Positions 62,077 through 64,000 of a stretch of 64,000 nucleotides of DNA are shown here, in pieces. The notes under the pieces were generated by a model. That model did not search any database and had not been told where the DNA came from. It saw only the letters and a list, made by a program, of their open reading frames with translations. Both the position numbers and the translations under genes were made by a program. The stretch covers positions 434,001 to 498,000 of the forward strand of contig JBEWZL010000300.1 in NCBI GenBank assembly GCA_045837725.1, read 5' to 3'. Each line of letters opens with the position of its first letter. The stretch's first letter is position 1. The DNA is from Vermamoeba vermiformis (Eukaryota).

Positions 62077-62258
62077 CTATTTGAGGTCCCAATAGGATTA
62101 TTTTCGTGACCCTAAAATTCCAAGTGGATCCAACACCAAAGACGTATGGTGTTAGTTTTAAAGGCACAATGATAGGGCTAGTATAGAAAATATAATATTG
62201 TTATTACGATGGGTACAGTTATACTATGACCCAATTATTATAAGTATAAGTAAAGTTG

Positions 62259-64000
62259 TTATTTCGTCTTCTTGGCAGTGTCCCATTCATTCGTGAAAAT
62301 ATCTTCGATGTTGCGTGTCGTACGCATGCTGTTGAGCAGTTGCGAGGCCGACAACTGCGTCGTGAACAAAATGCCTTTGCTGCCACCACTGCCGTAGTAC
62401 ACGACCTTGATCAAGAACTGCGGGTCACCGTAGTTGATCAGTCGTCTTAAATTGGCACGCAAAGTATTGTGGGAAAGTCGTTGTTCGCCTTTTTTGCCCG
62501 TGCCGAGCTGGATGTAACCCTTGACTCTTGTTTGACCTTTGACAATAGCTGAAGGATTCATTCTATCACAACATTAGTATAATGGTATAAGCATAGTGTA
62601 TGTCGTACCTCTTGCCAACGACAATCTTCAACGGGTACATGGCTAACTTCACAGTGGTCAAAACAGCGGATCCGAACATGGAGTCAAGAGCGTTCCAGAA
62701 CTCCCTGCTTTCGATATGAATATAAACGCTATTGACCGTGAAATCAGCAGGCTTCGTGCCCTCAAACTCCAACACTAAGCCGTGTTGATCAGTATCTTGT
62801 GGCAATAACACATTGAACGCCTTGAGGTTGATCTTGGGTGGCAAGTTTGCATCGATCTATTGAACCATGATTAGATACATTGATTATTACTACAATATAG
62901 GTACTTACTACTTCCTCTTTCAATAACTTTGCAATGTACTCGACACCAATGTTCCATAAAATAATGACCAAAAGAATGTACGGCACGAGGGTCAATGGCG
63001 TAGAATAGAACTGTCGTATATTAAGTACCATAACGATAGTATTATAAGAGTATTTAGTACTTACCGGGAGGACCTTAAGGAAGTCAACTTGGCTCGTGAT
63101 CGATTTGAACATGAATGCTGGCCATGCGCTGTAACTGAGGTACCAACGCACTCGTTCACCAATGTAACCACCACCGGTAGGCAGGTAAACGGACAAATCA
63201 GGTGGCATTTGCATCTATTTGGCAAGTGTTAGGCATTGTGTTAATAACATAGATATTGATGACTTACATCCTCGTAGCCAGGAGGCAACAAGACCGACAT
63301 GAGACCGGTACGAATGACACCTTGGTACTTCTGGTATTGAATGCCAGCCATGATGACTCCAACACCAATGCCCATCATAACAAACGGGAACAAAAGCGAG
63401 TTCTAAAAATGAATTGTAAAGTCAGTTTACGTATTGAAATTTCACGGCGAGAAACTCACTTTGAACACGGTGGAAGAGATGTGAGCGAGCCATAAAAACA
63501 AGCAGCCACCGCCGAGCACGATCAACAAACGACTGTCCAATACGATGGCGAGGAAGATAGTGACCGTAGCAATAGGCACCAAGTATCTTAACGACGGTTA
63601 GCTTAAACTATAGTGATGACAAGTCAAATAAGTCATGCACGTACATTCCTTTACGCAACAATCGGCCTAGAATGGTACTCAAGAAACCAAATCCCACGAA
63701 GAAGCCAACGCGAGATTGGAACATGACGGAGATGATAAGTACGAGCCACGTGTAGATCGCGTTAGGCCACAATTTGTCAAAGTGACGGTAGTAGTCGTAT
63801 TTGTAGCCCTAGCAATCGTTAGTGATTGATGACGAGTATGAGTAGGACGTACCACCGTGAGGAAGATGTGGAAGAGAATCGAACTCAAGCCTGTCAAGAC
63901 GAACAAATGGGTCTTGAAAGCGATGGCCAAAGCGATTTGAATGAGTGCAAAAATGAATCTGTAGACGTAGTACCACGTGCGATTGCCGCAAACTTCGACT
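62259..64000 (-). CDS. 3' part of a multi-pass membrane protein (DUF2157-associated-like) with soluble C-terminal domain (partial)
   Basis: TM segments LIVLGGGCLFLWLAHISSTVFKNSLLFPFVMMGIGVGVIMAGIQYQKY; spliced C-terminal exons end WDTAKKTK*. Confidence 0.6.

Noticed and set aside
1-64000. CRISPR arrays, rRNA, prokaryotic operons, autonomous transposase or RT genes
   Set aside because: No repeat-spacer periodicity, rRNA signature or transposase/RT motif was seen. The DNA is spliceosomal-intron-rich eukaryotic sequence.

Overview
This is gene-dense, intron-rich eukaryotic DNA with GT-AG introns mostly 50-200 nt long. The gene repertoire suggests a free-living protist, probably an amoebozoan (inference only). 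About 28 protein-coding loci or fragments can be reconstructed by splicing. They include a CBM20-lipoxygenase, a GPI-type cupredoxin, an SLC13 transporter, an L-galactose dehydrogenase-like AKR, HMG-CoA synthase, an RGS-WD40 protein, PhzF, a MICAL-like monooxygenase, a SET protein, a SCY1-like pseudokinase, BUD31, a pyruvyltransferase and a Gfo/Idh/MocA oxidoreductase. Six intact tRNA genes all lie in introns of protein genes in sense orientation, and a seventh is a deleted copy inside an inverted duplication. Two MITE-like elements are present. The most unusual observations are: (1) a tandem pair of divergent ribosomal protein eS30-like genes with a long, conserved C-terminal extension I do not recognise; (2) a transporter-like membrane domain fused to a pyruvyltransferase; (3) a divergent EF-1alpha paralog lacking the G3 motif; (4) a CBM20-lipoxygenase with one iron-ligand His replaced by Tyr; (5) a 12-bp palindrome, TGACACGTGTCA, seen seven times and only in introns. 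Gene models are hand-spliced, so outer coordinates are approximate. Some frameshifts fall in homopolymers and may be assembly errors.
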